NCBI GenBank assembly: GCA_963717255.1
Contig: CAVQVT010000008.1
Coordinates: forward strand, 4,134-68,133
DNA length: 64,000 nt
Reading direction: 5' to 3'
DNA from: an uncultured Chloroflexia bacterium
GTDB taxonomy: Bacteria > Chloroflexota > Limnocylindria > Limnocylindrales > CSP1-4
The notes below the pieces were generated by a model. That model worked only from the letters and a program-made list of their open reading frames with translations. It was not told the DNA's origin and did no database searches. The first letter of the stretch is position 1, and every line of letters begins with the position of its first letter. Position numbers and translations under genes: made by a program. Of the stretch, positions 29,243 through 39,782 are shown piece after piece.

Positions 29243-30352
29243 TCAGTCCCTGCCGCCCCCGATTCCCAGCACGGCCCGCACCTCGCGGACGATCTCGAGG
29301 TCCTCGCGCGCCGCGATGACGAGGGTCCGCACGGAAGCCCCGGCCGGGGAGATCTCGCCGTCCCCGGAGACCGCGGCGTTCGCGGCCGCGTCGACGGCGA
29401 CCCCGAGGTACGCGAGTCCCGCCGCGGTCCGCTCGCGGATCGCGGGAGCGTTCTCGCCGACGCCCCCCGTGAAGACCAGGACGTCGAGGCCGCCGAGCGC
29501 GGCGACCATCGACGCGATCGATCCGCGCAATCGATGGAGGTAGACGCCGAGGCCGAGGATCGCCGCCTCGTCGCCGGCGGCCTCGGCAGCGAGGATCGCG
29601 CGCATGTCCGCCGTGCCCGTGAGTCCCAGCAGGCCCGATCGATGCTCCAGGGTGGAGGCGAGCTCGGCGGGAGGCATCTTCACGTGCTCCTCGAGCCAGA
29701 GGACCAGCCCGGGGTCGATCCCGCCCGAGCGGGTCGCCATGACGAGGCCGTCGAGCGGCGTGAAGCCCATCGTCGTGTCCACGGAGCGGCCGTCGCGGAT
29801 CGCGGCCAGCGACGCGCCCGCCCCGAGGTGGCACGTGACGATCCGCAGCTCCTCCACCGGGCGACCCACCATCGCCGCGGCGCGGCGCGATGCATACGCG
29901 TGCGACAGGCCGTGGAAGCCGTACTTGCGGAGCGCCCAGCGCGTCCGCCACTCGCGGGGGATCGCGTACGTCGTGGCCGCGGCGGGCATCCCGGCGTGGA
30001 ACGCCGTGTCGAAGCACGCGACGGCCGGCACGCCCGGCAGGACCGCGTTCACCGCGGCGAGGGCCGCGAGCGACGTGGGCTGATGGAGCGGGGCCAGGTC
30101 CGTCAGGGCCCGGAGGTTCGCCTCGACCGCGTCGTCGATCCACACCGGCCCGCTGTACCGGGTGCCGCCGTGGACGATCCGGTGGCCGACCGCCGCGATC
30201 TCGCCGAACCCGGCGACGGCATCCGCGGTGAGCCCGGCGTCGGTCGAGCCGCGGGGCGCCGGGAGGTCGGCCGAGCCCACGACGGCGTCGGAGGCGTCGA
30301 GGACGCGCAGCTTGAGGCTGCTCGACCCGGCGTTGACGACGAGGATGCGCAC
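29243..30352 (-). CDS. ackA: Acetate kinase
   Basis: RILVVNAGSSSLKLRV...HRIVHGG...CHLGAGASL...DTTMGFTPLDGLVMATRSG. GTG start at 30352. Confidence 0.93.
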   Translation of the reverse strand: MRILVVNAGSSSLKLRVLDASDAVVGSADLPAPRGSTDAGLTADAVAGFGEIAAVGHRIVHGGTRYSGPVWIDDAVEANLRALTDLAPLHQPTSLAALAAVNAVLPGVPAVACFDTAFHAGMPAAATTYAIPREWRTRWALRKYGFHGLSHAYASRRAAAMVGRPVEELRIVTCHLGAGASLAAIRDGRSVDTTMGFTPLDGLVMATRSGGIDPGLVLWLEEHVKMPPAELASTLEHRSGLLGLTGTADMRAILAAEAAGDEAAILGLGVYLHRLRGSIASMVAALGGLDVLVFTGGVGENAPAIRERTAAGLAYLGVAVDAAANAAVSGDGEISPAGASVRTLVIAAREDLEIVREVRAVLGIGGGRD

Positions 30353-30361
30353 CAGCGACCC

Positions 30362-30751
30362 CTAGGCTGTCAGGAGCGGGATGGTGAGAGCCTCGGCGGC
30401 GGCGGCCAGGCGCTGGTCGTAGGTCGCCAGGCTGGGGCGCTGGCCGAGCCCGCGGAGGAACTCGATGGACGCCAGGTGGAGCGCATCGAGCGTGCGGACC
30501 GGCACGGGGAACGGCGCCAGCGCCCGCGCCAGGACCGGCGGCACGAGCTCCAGGAAGGAGATCCGGCCGAGGAGCGCCCGAACCTCCTCCTCGTGGCTCG
30601 TCGCCAGGCCTCTGGCGTTGATCCGGGTCCAGACCTCGTACTCGAGGAGCCGGCTGGAGACGAGCGGGCCCCGCTCCCAGAGGGTCGGGTCGGGCAGGCG
30701 ATCCTCGGCGAGCAGCTGGGCGAGCGCCACCGAGCTGTCGAGGTAGATCAT
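30362..30751 (-). CDS. vapC: PIN-domain toxin, VapC family (type II TA)
   Basis: MIYLDSSVALAQLL...DALHLASIEFLR...LATYDQRLAAAAEALTIPLL shows acidic PIN residues. The start overlaps the antitoxin stop (ATGA). Confidence 0.8.
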   Translation of the reverse strand: MIYLDSSVALAQLLAEDRLPDPTLWERGPLVSSRLLEYEVWTRINARGLATSHEEEVRALLGRISFLELVPPVLARALAPFPVPVRTLDALHLASIEFLRGLGQRPSLATYDQRLAAAAEALTIPLLTA

Positions 30752-31038
30752 CGCTCGCCGCGATCGTTCTCGAGCTCGGCCAGGATCTGTGCGAGGGGCG
30801 CCACCGGCCGCCGCGGCGGGGACGCGTCGACCGGCCCGAGCGCGGGCGTCAGCCACCCGCGCCGCACGGCGTCCGCGAGGAGCGCGTCGGGGACGTCGAC
30901 CGAGCGGCCGGAGCGGGGCGGCACGAGCTCGGCCACGACCCGCTCGCGATCGGTCACGAGCACGGTCTCGCCCGAGGCGACGAGGCGCACGTACTCGCTC
31001 AGGCGGTTCTTCAGGACCCGAATGCCGACGGCGCGCAT
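30748..31038 (-). CDS. Type II antitoxin (Phd/YefM-like N-terminus), VapB partner
   Basis: MRAVGIRVLKNRLSEYVRLVASGETVLVTDRERVVAELVP... The ATG at 31038 is preferred over the GTG at 31056, which sits inside the inverted repeat. Confidence 0.7.
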   Translation of the reverse strand: MRAVGIRVLKNRLSEYVRLVASGETVLVTDRERVVAELVPPRSGRSVDVPDALLADAVRRGWLTPALGPVDASPPRRPVAPLAQILAELENDRGER

Positions 31039-31046
31039 CCCCCTCA

Positions 31047-31068
31047 ATGTAGCCACGTGAGGCTACAT
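31047..31068. promoter_or_regulatory. 8-bp perfect inverted repeat ATGTAGCC-acgtga-GGCTACAT just upstream of the antitoxin gene (candidate autoregulatory operator)
   Basis: Read directly. Confidence 0.5.
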
Positions 31069-31189
31069 CGTCAACGGCGCCGATGGATCGTGTCAGCCAT
31101 CCACCTGCGCCGCTTCCCGGTCCCCGTATCCAACGTCGGGCCGGAAGCGGTGGTGGAGGTCATCCCGGTGCCGTCGGGCAGGATCGTCC

Positions 31190-33548
31190 TCACGCCTCCC
31201 ACGTCCACTCGCGGATCTCCGGCGCGTCCTCGCCCTCCACTCTCGTGTAGGCGCGGCACTCGAGGCGTCGATCCTCCATCCGCTGCCGCAGGTGGGCCGC
31301 CCGCGTCCGGATCCCCGGCACGCGGTCGATGACGTCGATGACGAGATGGAACCGGTCGAGGTCGTTGAGCATGACCATGTCGAACGGGGTGGTGGTCGTG
31401 CCCTCCTCCTTGTACCCGCGGACGTGGAGGTTGGCGTGGTTCGTCCGGCGGTACGTCAGCCGGTGGATGAGCCACGGGTAGCCGTGGTAGGCGAAGACGA
31501 TCGGCCGGTCCGTCGTGAAGAGCGAGTCGAACTCCCGATCCGGACATCCCGTGCGGGTGCTCCGACTCCGGCTGCAGGCGCATCAGGTCGACGACGTTGA
31601 CGACGCGGACCCGCAGGTCCGGCAGCTCGCGCCGGAGGATGTCGACCGCCGCGAGCGTCTCGAGCGTCGGGACGTCGCCCGCACAGGCCATGACCACGTC
31701 CGGCTCGCCACCCTGGTCGCTGCTCGCGAAGTCCCAGATGCCGATGCCGCGGGTGCAGTGGAGGACCGCCTGCTCCATCGTCAGCCAGTTCGGCGCGGGC
31801 TGCTTCCCCGCCACGATGACGTTCACGTAGTTCCGGCTGCGCAGGCAGTGGTCGCCGACCGACAGAAGGGTGTTCGCGTCCGGCGGCAGGTAGACGCGGA
31901 TGTGCTCGGCCTTCTTGTTCACCACGTGGTCGATGAACCCCGGGTCCTGGTGGCTGAAGCCGTTGTGGTCCTGGCGCCAGACGAGCGAGGACAGGATGTA
32001 GTTCAACGACGCGATCGGCCGGCGCCACGGGATGTCCGCCGTCACCTTCAGCCACTTCGCGTGCTGGTTGAACATCGAGTCGATGATGTGGATGAACGCC
32101 TCGTAGCAGTCGAAGACGCCGTGGCGGCCGGTGAGCAGGTAGCCCTCCAGCCAGCCCTGGCACTGGTGCTCGGACAGCATCTCCATGACGCGGCCGTCGG
32201 GCGCGAGGCTCTCGTCCACCGGGAGCGTCTCGGCCATCCAGGCCTTGTCGGTCACCTCGAGGATGGCGCCGAGGCGATTGGACGAGGTCTCGTCCGGGCC
32301 GAAGACCCGGAAGCTCTTGCGGTTCTGCGCCACGACGTCGCGCAGGAAGGTGCCGAGCACGCGGGTCGCCTCGCTGCTCGTCGCGCCGGGTGCGGGGACG
32401 TCCACGGCGTAGGCCCGGAAGTCGGGGAGCGTCAGATCGCGGAGGAGGAGCCCGCCGTTCGCGTGGGGGTTCGCGCTCATCCGCCGATAGGCGTGCGGCG
32501 GAAGCTCGGCGAGCTCCGGGACGAGTGCCCCGTCCGCGTCGAACAGCTCCTCGGGCCGGTAGCTGCGCAGCCAGGTCTCGAGGATCGCCCGGTGCTCGGC
32601 GTTCGTCCGGACCTCGCCCATCGGGACCTGGTGCGACCGCCACGTGCCCTCGGACGGCTTGCCGTCGATGACCTTCGGACCGGTCCAGCCCTTGGGTGTC
32701 CGCAGGACGATCATCGGCCAGCGCGGTCGCTCGGTCGCGCCGTCCTCCCGGGCCGCCCGCTGGATCGCGTGGATCTCTTCGACCGCGGCATCCAGCGCGG
32801 CCGCGAGCTGCTGGTGGACGTCGGCCGGCTCGTCGCCGGTCACGAAGAGCGGGTGGTGCCCGTAGCCCTCCATGAGCGCGCGGAGCTCCGCCTCGGGGAT
32901 GCGCGCGAGGACGGTGGGGTTCGCGATCTTCCAGCCGTTGAGGTGAAGGATCGGGAGGACGGCCCCGTCGGTCACCGGGTCGAGGAACTTGTCCGAGTGC
33001 CAGCTCGTCGCGAGGGGCCCGGTCTCGGCCTCGCCGTCGCCCACGACGGCGCACACGACGAGGTCCGGGTTGTCGAAGGCGGCCCCGTAGGCGTGCGAGA
33101 GCGCGTAGCCGAGCTCTCCGCCCTCGTGGATCGACCCGGGCGTCTCGGGCGCGACGTGGCTCGGGATGCCGCCCGGGAAGCTGAACTGCCGGAAGAGCCT
33201 CCGCATCCCCTCCTCGTCGCGCGTGATGCTCGGGTACACCTCCGTGTACGTCCCCTCGAGGTAGGCGTTCGCGACGATCGCCGGGCCGCCGTGCCCAGGC
33301 CCGATCACGTAGATGGCGTCGAGGTCCCAGTTGCGGATCACCCGGTTCATGTGCGCGTAGATGAGGTTCAGGCCCGGCGTCGTCCCCCAGTGGCCGAGCA
33401 GGCGCGGCTTCACGTGCTCCGGCGCCAGCGGCTCGCGCAGGAGCGGGTTGTCGAGCAGGTAGATCTGGCCGACCGAGAGGTAGTTCGCGGCGCGCCAGTA
33501 GGCGTCGATCCGGCCGAGCTCTGAGGCGGAGAGCGGACCGTCGACCAT
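31190..33548 (-). pseudogene. xfp: Phosphoketolase (xylulose-5-P/fructose-6-P), with a +1 frameshift near 31541 in the sequence as given
   Basis: [37 protein letters not shown]...[10 protein letters not shown]...EGGELGY... runs to ...ESEHPHGMS. The expected continuation [67 protein letters not shown]...EWTWEA* is in the next frame. The total length of 2359 nt is a multiple of 3 plus 1. Confidence 0.9.
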
Positions 33549-33763
33549 CGTGGACTCCTTCCGGCGACCTGGTGCCTTCGTTCGACGGTCCGAGTCTAGG
33601 CGGGACGTCGAACGGGCGTCGCAGACGACGGACGTCCGGGCACCTCGATGTCGACACGGCGCGCTGTCACCTGTGGGCCGCCTGCATCGCCGCGGGACGG
33701 GTTCCGCACCAGGCGATCCTCGACGTGCGTCCGGAGCGTGTCCGCGAGTCGCGCCGGGCCCGG

Positions 33764-34522
33764 CTATCGCCCGGTGCCGGCCTCGCGCGGGCCCGGGCCC
33801 GGCACCCGGTGGAAGAGCGCCGGGTCGGCAGTGCCCGGGATCACGCGGATCAGCGCGGCGGGGCGCAGACCGAGCGTCGCCCGCCCGAGCGGACCGTCGA
33901 GCGTGAGCGCGTCGAGGGCCGCCGAGCGCGCGAGGATCGCGACCTGCGCGCCGGGGACGAGGCCGCGCGCCTCGAGATACGAGAGCAGCTCTGGCGACTC
34001 CTCGGCCTGCTCCGTGATCCGGAGGACGGTGGCCCGCTCGCCGGCCTCCATGGCCGCGAGCGGGACGCCGGCGGGGCGGCGTCGCGCCGCCGCGGCGTCG
34101 ATCGGGTTGCCGTGGGGACACGTCTCCGGGTGGCCGATCAGCTCGTCGAGGCGCTGCTCGACGCGCGGCGAGATCGCCCCCTGGAGTCGGGCGGCCTCCT
34201 CGTCCGATTCCGCCCACCCGAGCCCGACGATGCTCGTGAGGAGCCACTCGAGGAGGGCGTGACGCCGGAAGATGCCATCGGCCGCCGCGCATCCCGCCGC
34301 AGTGAGCGCGAGGCGTCGGTCCCCCTCCTGGACGACGAGCCCGTCGGCCACGAGTCGGTGGATCATCTCCCCGGCCGCCTGGGCCGTCACGCCCTGATGG
34401 CGCGCCACCTGCGCCGTGGTGACGGCGCCGTCGTCCTGCACCATGACGCGGAGCGCGAGCAGGTAGTCCTGGGCGGCGGCCGAGATATCCGGGGCGGGTC
34501 GACGGCGCTGCACGGAGGGCAT
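33764..34522 (-). CDS. DtxR/MntR family metal-dependent transcriptional repressor with a C-terminal FeoA/SH3-like domain
   Basis: [48 protein letters not shown]...HALLEWLL...[11 protein letters not shown]. Confidence 0.85.
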   Translation of the reverse strand: MPSVQRRRPAPDISAAAQDYLLALRVMVQDDGAVTTAQVARHQGVTAQAAGEMIHRLVADGLVVQEGDRRLALTAAGCAAADGIFRRHALLEWLLTSIVGLGWAESDEEAARLQGAISPRVEQRLDELIGHPETCPHGNPIDAAAARRRPAGVPLAAMEAGERATVLRITEQAEESPELLSYLEARGLVPGAQVAILARSAALDALTLDGPLGRATLGLRPAALIRVIPGTADPALFHRVPGPGPREAGTGR

Positions 34523-34523
34523 C

Positions 34524-35504
34524 CTACCCGAGGGTCCCTCGGGGCCGGCCCTTGCCGCCGACGGCAGCCCGGATCGCGGCCACGATCGAAGCGCCTCGAC
34601 GTCGGGGCGCGACCGGAGATGGGCCCGCCGCGGGCGCGGTGCCGGTGGGTGGAGCGCCGGTGGGTTCGGTGCCGGCCGAAGCGGGCCGCCGGTCGCCGGG
34701 TTCCGGTGCCGGCCGGCTCGCCCCGCTCTCGGCAGCACCCGCGCCGCGCGTCGGGCCACCGGATGGCCCGGCCGGCCAGGGCCCGGCAGGCCCGGAGTGG
34801 CGGGCATCGGTGAACGAAGCGGCCGGGCGGTCGCCCGTCCATTCGGACGACCGGCCGAGATACTCCGGCCCGTGCTTGCGCGGGTCCGCGTACTCGCGCG
34901 GGTTGACCGTCCAGTACGTCCCGGACGCGGCCCCGTACCATGCCGAGCCACCCCACGCCGGCGGGTCCTCGACGGCGTCGTCGTACGTGGTGGACCCGAG
35001 CGTCGCCCGCCGGCGCCACGCCTCGTCGCGGCGTCCCTCCTCCCTCGGCCGGCCCGAACCGCCGGCACGTCCTGCCCCACCGTGGCGCCCATCCGCGGTG
35101 CCCGGGCCCGGCCCGGCCGCCGCACCGGCGCCCGGGCCGCCGCTCCCGCCTCCGCCCCACCCGCGCGGCCCCGTCCCGCCGCCGCGCCCCGCGCGGGACC
35201 GCGCGCGAGCAGCCTCGCGTGCCGCCGTGGACCAGTCGCGGCCCGCGTCGCGCGGCGAGCCGCCGGCGGCCTGCGCCGGAGGGCGCGTGGTGCCCGCCTG
35301 CGACCGGGCCGGGCCGCCGCGGGCGCGGGCGATCGTCTCGTACGCGGCCTGGACCGTGAGGAAGCGGGCGAGCTGGTCGGGGCCGGCCGCGTCCGGGTGG
35401 TGGCGCTTCGCCAACCGCCTGTAGGCGGCCTTCACCTCCTCCATCGGCGCGCCCGGAGGGACGCCGAGGACGCGGTACGGATCGAAGCGGTCGGGACGCT
35501 CCAT
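34524..35504 (-). CDS. J-domain (DnaJ-like) protein with a Gly/Pro-rich low-complexity middle and an unknown C-terminal region
   Basis: DPYRVLGVPPGAPMEEVKAAYRRLAKRHHPDAAG carries the HPD motif. The stop at 34524-34526 is 1 nt from the DtxR ATG. Confidence 0.75.
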   Translation of the reverse strand: MERPDRFDPYRVLGVPPGAPMEEVKAAYRRLAKRHHPDAAGPDQLARFLTVQAAYETIARARGGPARSQAGTTRPPAQAAGGSPRDAGRDWSTAAREAARARSRAGRGGGTGPRGWGGGGSGGPGAGAAAGPGPGTADGRHGGAGRAGGSGRPREEGRRDEAWRRRATLGSTTYDDAVEDPPAWGGSAWYGAASGTYWTVNPREYADPRKHGPEYLGRSSEWTGDRPAASFTDARHSGPAGPWPAGPSGGPTRGAGAAESGASRPAPEPGDRRPASAGTEPTGAPPTGTAPAAGPSPVAPRRRGASIVAAIRAAVGGKGRPRGTLG

Positions 35505-35542
35505 GCGGGAAGTGTCGCGCACACCCGCTCTTCGCGCGCTTC

Positions 35543-36706
35543 CTAGCGGACCATCTCCTCGAGCGGTGCAAGCTCGAAGATCGGGATCGCCTCCGAGGCC
35601 GCCCGTCCGTGGCCGTCCGCGGTGGCCGGCCGGGCGTACCGCGCGAGCATCCTGACGGCCTGAGCGTCGAGGACGCCCGCCTGGCGCAGTGCTTCGACCG
35701 AGGCCGCGTGGTTCGCGCGCCGTCGGCCGTCGCCGTCCTCGATCTTCAGGGCCATCCCGGACGGGCCGACGTATCGGCCTGCCCGCTGCCCGCCGAGGAT
35801 CGCGACCCCGCGGAGCGCCTCCGCGCCGCCCTTCGAGATCACCCTGCCGGGGACGACCTTTGCGAGAGACGTGTCGAGCCGGTCGCGCGTCCCGGCCACC
35901 ATCGCGGCGTTCGCCAGCATGGCGTCGCGCACGGCCAGGAGCCAGCGTGCGACGTCGGCCCGCGGGTCGCGGGGCATGATCGCTTCCGGGTCGGCGAGCA
36001 ACGCGTACGCCCGGGCGATCTCGCGCAGCGAGAACGCGTAGGTGAGGACACCGCACTCGTCCACGGCCGTCACCAGGTCGTCCGCCGTGACCCCGAACGC
36101 GGTCGCGACGGCCCACCGGATCGCCGCCTGTGCCGGGTGCTCGTCGCGCCAGTAGTCCTCGAGGCTCCAGCCCTTCAGCCGGGCGAGCAGGATCGTCGAC
36201 GCGTGCTGGCCGGAGCACTGGTGACGGATGGGCCCGGGTCGTTCGCCGTCGCGCAGGAGCCGAGCGGCGGTCAGGGTATCGAGGGGCGCGCCCTCCGTGC
36301 CGCAGGCCAGCAGCGACTGGCTGACGCCGGCCCGCCGCAGGACCGACTGGATCGTCCGGACGTGCGCGTCCTCGCCCGAGTGGCTGCTGGCCATGACGGC
36401 GACCTCGGCGGGCGACAGGTCGAACGCGGCGATGCCGCCCGCCTCCAGCAGGGCCACCAGCGCGAACGGCTTCATCGCGGACCGGAGGTTCACGACGACG
36501 TCGGGGTCGCCGACCGCTCGCACGACCGCGCCGGACGCGTCCACCTCGACGATGTGGCCGCGGTGGCGGCTCTCGACGACCGACCCGCGGTGCTGCTCCA
36601 CGAGGACCGGCGGCGCGGGCGCGAAGAGGCGTTCGGGCCGGGCGCCGGCCGGCGCTCGTCGTCGCGCCGACCGCGGGCTCGCAGGGGTGCTCATGGCGGA
36701 GAGCAT
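35543..36706 (-). CDS. Asparaginase II family protein (PF06089-like)
   Basis: [16 protein letters not shown]...[17 protein letters not shown]...[12 protein letters not shown]...HQCSGQHAS. Confidence 0.75.
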   Translation of the reverse strand: MLSAMSTPASPRSARRRAPAGARPERLFAPAPPVLVEQHRGSVVESRHRGHIVEVDASGAVVRAVGDPDVVVNLRSAMKPFALVALLEAGGIAAFDLSPAEVAVMASSHSGEDAHVRTIQSVLRRAGVSQSLLACGTEGAPLDTLTAARLLRDGERPGPIRHQCSGQHASTILLARLKGWSLEDYWRDEHPAQAAIRWAVATAFGVTADDLVTAVDECGVLTYAFSLREIARAYALLADPEAIMPRDPRADVARWLLAVRDAMLANAAMVAGTRDRLDTSLAKVVPGRVISKGGAEALRGVAILGGQRAGRYVGPSGMALKIEDGDGRRRANHAASVEALRQAGVLDAQAVRMLARYARPATADGHGRAASEAIPIFELAPLEEMVR

Positions 36707-36845
36707 ACCGATGCCCGGGACCGCCGGAGGACCGCCGGCTCCGCCCGAGTGCCCGGATAATGGTCACCGACGGGACGACCGCCGGACCGGCGACGCGGCC
36801 GCGGGACGCCGTCGCGAGCGGAGGGCCGGTGACGTGGCCGCGACG

Positions 36846-37961
36846 ATGCGGGTGGGGATCCTGACGTCGGGCGGCGACAGCCCGGGCCTCAATGCCGCAG
36901 TCCGCGGCTTCGGGAAGGTCGCGATCGGCCACTACGGGATGAGGATCGTCGGATTCCGCGATGGCTTCCGGGGCCTGGCCGAGGACCGTCGCATGCGGCT
37001 CGACTCGTCGACGCTCGCCGGCATCCTCACCGTGGGCGGGACCATCCTCGGCACGAGCCGGGACAAGCCCCACCGGATGCCGATGGGCGACCGGGTCGTG
37101 GACATGACCGACGCGATCGTCGCTACCTGTCGGCGGGCGGGCCTCGACGCGCTCGTGTGCATCGGCGGGGGCGGCACGCAGAAGAACGCCCTTCGGCTGG
37201 CGAGGGCCGGGCTCAACGTCGTGACGCTCCCCAAGACGATCGACAATGACGTCGCGGAGACCGACGCCACCATCGGCTTCGCGACCGCACTCGAGATCGC
37301 GACCGAGGCGATCGATCGCCTGCACAGCACCGCGCACAGCCACCATCGCATCGTCGTGGCCGAGGTGATGGGCCATCGGGCCGGGTGGCTCACGCTCGGC
37401 GCGGGGATGGCCGGAGGCGCGGACGTCATCCTCCTGCCCGAGATCCCGTACGACCTCGACGTCGTCGTCGCGGCGATCAAGCGCCGCACGCGGAAGGGCA
37501 CCAACTTCAGCATCGTCGCCGTCGCCGAGGGGGCGCGCGACGCCGAGAGCGCGCGGGTGTACGCGGACCTGCTGCTCAGTCGCGAGGCGGCCGTCGACGA
37601 GCAGGAGAAGACGGCGCTCGACGCGAGGCTCGCCGACATGGATGCCGACCACACCGGGCACTCGCTCCGGCTCGCCCGCCGGCTCGAGGAGATGACCGGC
37701 CTCGAGTCGCGAACCACGATCCTCGGGTACGTGCAGCGCGGTGGGACGCCGTCCCCGCTCGACCGTCTCCTCGCGACGCGCCTCGGCAACACGGGGGCCG
37801 ACCTGATCGCGGCCGGAATCTTCGACGTCATGGTCGCCGCGGATGGAGAGGGGACGCGCCCCGTCCGCCTGTCGCGCGTCGCGGGCCGCCGGAGGACGGT
37901 CCCGCTGGACCATCCGTACGTGATCGCCGCCAGGCGCGTCGGGACATGCCTCGGCGACTGA
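36846..37961 (+). CDS. pfkA: 6-phosphofructokinase (PfkA family). The phosphoryl donor (ATP or PPi) cannot be resolved from sequence by eye.
   Basis: [21 protein letters not shown]...[10 protein letters not shown]...LPKTIDNDV...[11 protein letters not shown]...LGYVQRGG. The upstream part of track ORF 36228..37961 is antisense to the asparaginase gene. Confidence 0.88.
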   Translation: MRVGILTSGGDSPGLNAAVRGFGKVAIGHYGMRIVGFRDGFRGLAEDRRMRLDSSTLAGILTVGGTILGTSRDKPHRMPMGDRVVDMTDAIVATCRRAGLDALVCIGGGGTQKNALRLARAGLNVVTLPKTIDNDVAETDATIGFATALEIATEAIDRLHSTAHSHHRIVVAEVMGHRAGWLTLGAGMAGGADVILLPEIPYDLDVVVAAIKRRTRKGTNFSIVAVAEGARDAESARVYADLLLSREAAVDEQEKTALDARLADMDADHTGHSLRLARRLEEMTGLESRTTILGYVQRGGTPSPLDRLLATRLGNTGADLIAAGIFDVMVAADGEGTRPVRLSRVAGRRRTVPLDHPYVIAARRVGTCLGD

Positions 37962-38012
37962 GCGCTTCCGCGGCTGCCGTCCTCGCTCGCCGACGGACGC
38001 GTTGCACCGACG

Positions 38013-38540
38013 GTGACGCGGCGGACACCCCGCGACAACGCGGCCCTGCGAGCATCGCCGGTGATGCGCGCCGCGACAGTCCCGATCGGCCACTCCCCCG
38101 CCCGGGGACATGCACCGGGCGCAGACTGGGCGGACCCTCCCGAGGAGCCGACCTCGCAGGTCGAGCGCGAGCTGCAGCGGCTGGCGGACACGCTGGCGGC
38201 GCTGCTCGCACGCGAGGGAGACGATCCGCCGGTCTGGGCGTCTGCCGTGTTCGCCCGCAGAGTCGCCGCAGCCCGATCGGTCATGGCGCGGGTGGCCGAG
38301 CCCGAACGGCTCGCGGCGGGCCTGGATCGGCCGAGGCGGGCTGCGACCACGGGGGTCACCCGCTTCCAGGCGGATGCCCAGCGGCTCGCGGGCGACGCGA
38401 TCACGATCGCGATCACGATCCGCTGGCTGGAGGTCCGCCAGCGCACGTCCCTCCCGTCCTGGCCCGAGGTGGTCCGACGCCGCTCGCTCTCGCCGCGGCG
38501 AACCGAGCCCGCGGCCGACACGGGTCTCTGGTTCGGCTAG
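38013..38540 (+). CDS. Hypothetical protein (start uncertain)
   Basis: High third-position GC and helical-looking sequence from about 38140 (QVERELQRLADTLAALLAREGDD...). I recognise no family. Confidence 0.4.
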   Translation: MTRRTPRDNAALRASPVMRAATVPIGHSPARGHAPGADWADPPEEPTSQVERELQRLADTLAALLAREGDDPPVWASAVFARRVAAARSVMARVAEPERLAAGLDRPRRAATTGVTRFQADAQRLAGDAITIAITIRWLEVRQRTSLPSWPEVVRRRSLSPRRTEPAADTGLWFG

Positions 38541-38630
38541 GCCGATCGGCCGGGCGACTGTCGCTCGGCACCCCCGGACCACCTCGCTGTTAACGAGGAC
38601 CGGCCGTTCGGGGGTGAGCCTTCGGTCCAG

Positions 38631-39782
38631 ATGGCCCTCCGCCCACCCGCTCGAGCGTCCAACCATCGAGGGTCGGCTCGGTCCACACAGGATCGATGGC
38701 GGACGGAGGTTCCGTTGACGGAGGTCGAGGAGGCGCGCGGACAGGCGGACGGGAGCGCCACCGCGATCGCCGACCCAGGTGACAGCGCCGAAGGCGGCCC
38801 CGGAAGCGAGCTCGCGGGGGCGGTCGTGCGCTCGGAGCTCCATCTCGCGGCCACGCGATCGCCCGGCGTCGCGGGCGACGACGGCTGGCCGGAGGCGGGC
38901 CGCAAGGTCCTTCGCTTCCACCTGGCCCGGATGCTCATCCGCGCGCCAGGCGTCATCACGGGCGAGGACCCCGAGGAGGTCCACGCCATGCGCGTGGCGG
39001 GGCGGCGGATGCGTGCGGCATGGCGCGTGTTCGGCGATGGGTTCGAGAAGGCGACCACGCGTCGGTACCGGGCGGACCTGCGGGAGGTGGGCGGACGCCT
39101 GGGCGCGGTGCGCGACCTCGACGTTCTCCTCGAGATCCTCGACGGCTACGGCGCCCGCCGCACGGCGCGCGTGCGTCGCGGGCTCCTGCCCCTGCGTGCG
39201 GCGTGGGTCGTGGACCGGCAGGCAGGTCAGGCGGCGCTCGTCGACCACCTCGCGTCGCCCGCGTTCGGCGCCTTCGTGGCCGAGTACGAGTCCCTCGTCG
39301 GGAGCGACGAGGCGCCCGCGGACGTCGACCGCGGGGCCCGGCTCGACGCGGTCGGCTCGCGGATGCCGGCGACCGCCTGGGCCGCCTACGGCAGGGTCCG
39401 GTCGTTCGAGCATCACGTCGACGGAGCCGATCTCGCGACGCTCCATCGACTCCGCATCGAGGGCAAGTGGCTCCGCTACACACTCGAGTTCGTGCGCGAG
39501 GCCATGGGACCGGACGCGCCTCTCGTCATCGAGCCGATCGTCGCGCTGCAGGACCACCTGGGCGCCCAGCACGACCTGCACGTCGCCTCCGTGCTGGCGC
39601 GGACGTTCGTGGACGCCGGACAGACCGAGCTCTCCGCCAGGGAGGCAGCCCAGATCGCGCGCTTCGTGGCCGACATGGACGAGCGCGTCGCGTGGCACGG
39701 GCGCAAGCTCCGTCGCGCGTGGGGTCCGGTCATCTCGACGTCGTACCGGAGCAGACTCGGGCGAGCGCTGGCGAGGCTCTGA
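38631..39782 (+). CDS. CHAD domain protein (second, intact copy; no CYTH domain)
   Basis: DDGWPEAGRKVLRFHLARML...EVHAMRVAGRRMRAAWRVFG...AVRDLDVLLE...LHRLRIEGKWLRYTLEF...LQDHLGAQHDLHVA. The N-terminal boundary is uncertain. Confidence 0.8.
   Translation: MALRPPARASNHRGSARSTQDRWRTEVPLTEVEEARGQADGSATAIADPGDSAEGGPGSELAGAVVRSELHLAATRSPGVAGDDGWPEAGRKVLRFHLARMLIRAPGVITGEDPEEVHAMRVAGRRMRAAWRVFGDGFEKATTRRYRADLREVGGRLGAVRDLDVLLEILDGYGARRTARVRRGLLPLRAAWVVDRQAGQAALVDHLASPAFGAFVAEYESLVGSDEAPADVDRGARLDAVGSRMPATAWAAYGRVRSFEHHVDGADLATLHRLRIEGKWLRYTLEFVREAMGPDAPLVIEPIVALQDHLGAQHDLHVASVLARTFVDAGQTELSAREAAQIARFVADMDERVAWHGRKLRRAWGPVISTSYRSRLGRALARL

Noticed and set aside
31071-34292. Single 1073-aa ORF spanning the xfp region
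   Set aside because: The upstream 248 codons overlap the DtxR-family gene out of frame and are nonsense. The downstream 157 codons are post-frameshift read-through. The true gene is 33548 to 31190 with a frame change.
38398-38421. Tandem GCGATCACGATC x2
   Set aside because: There are only two units and it encodes AITIAITI within an ORF. It is not a CRISPR or VNTR-scale repeat.
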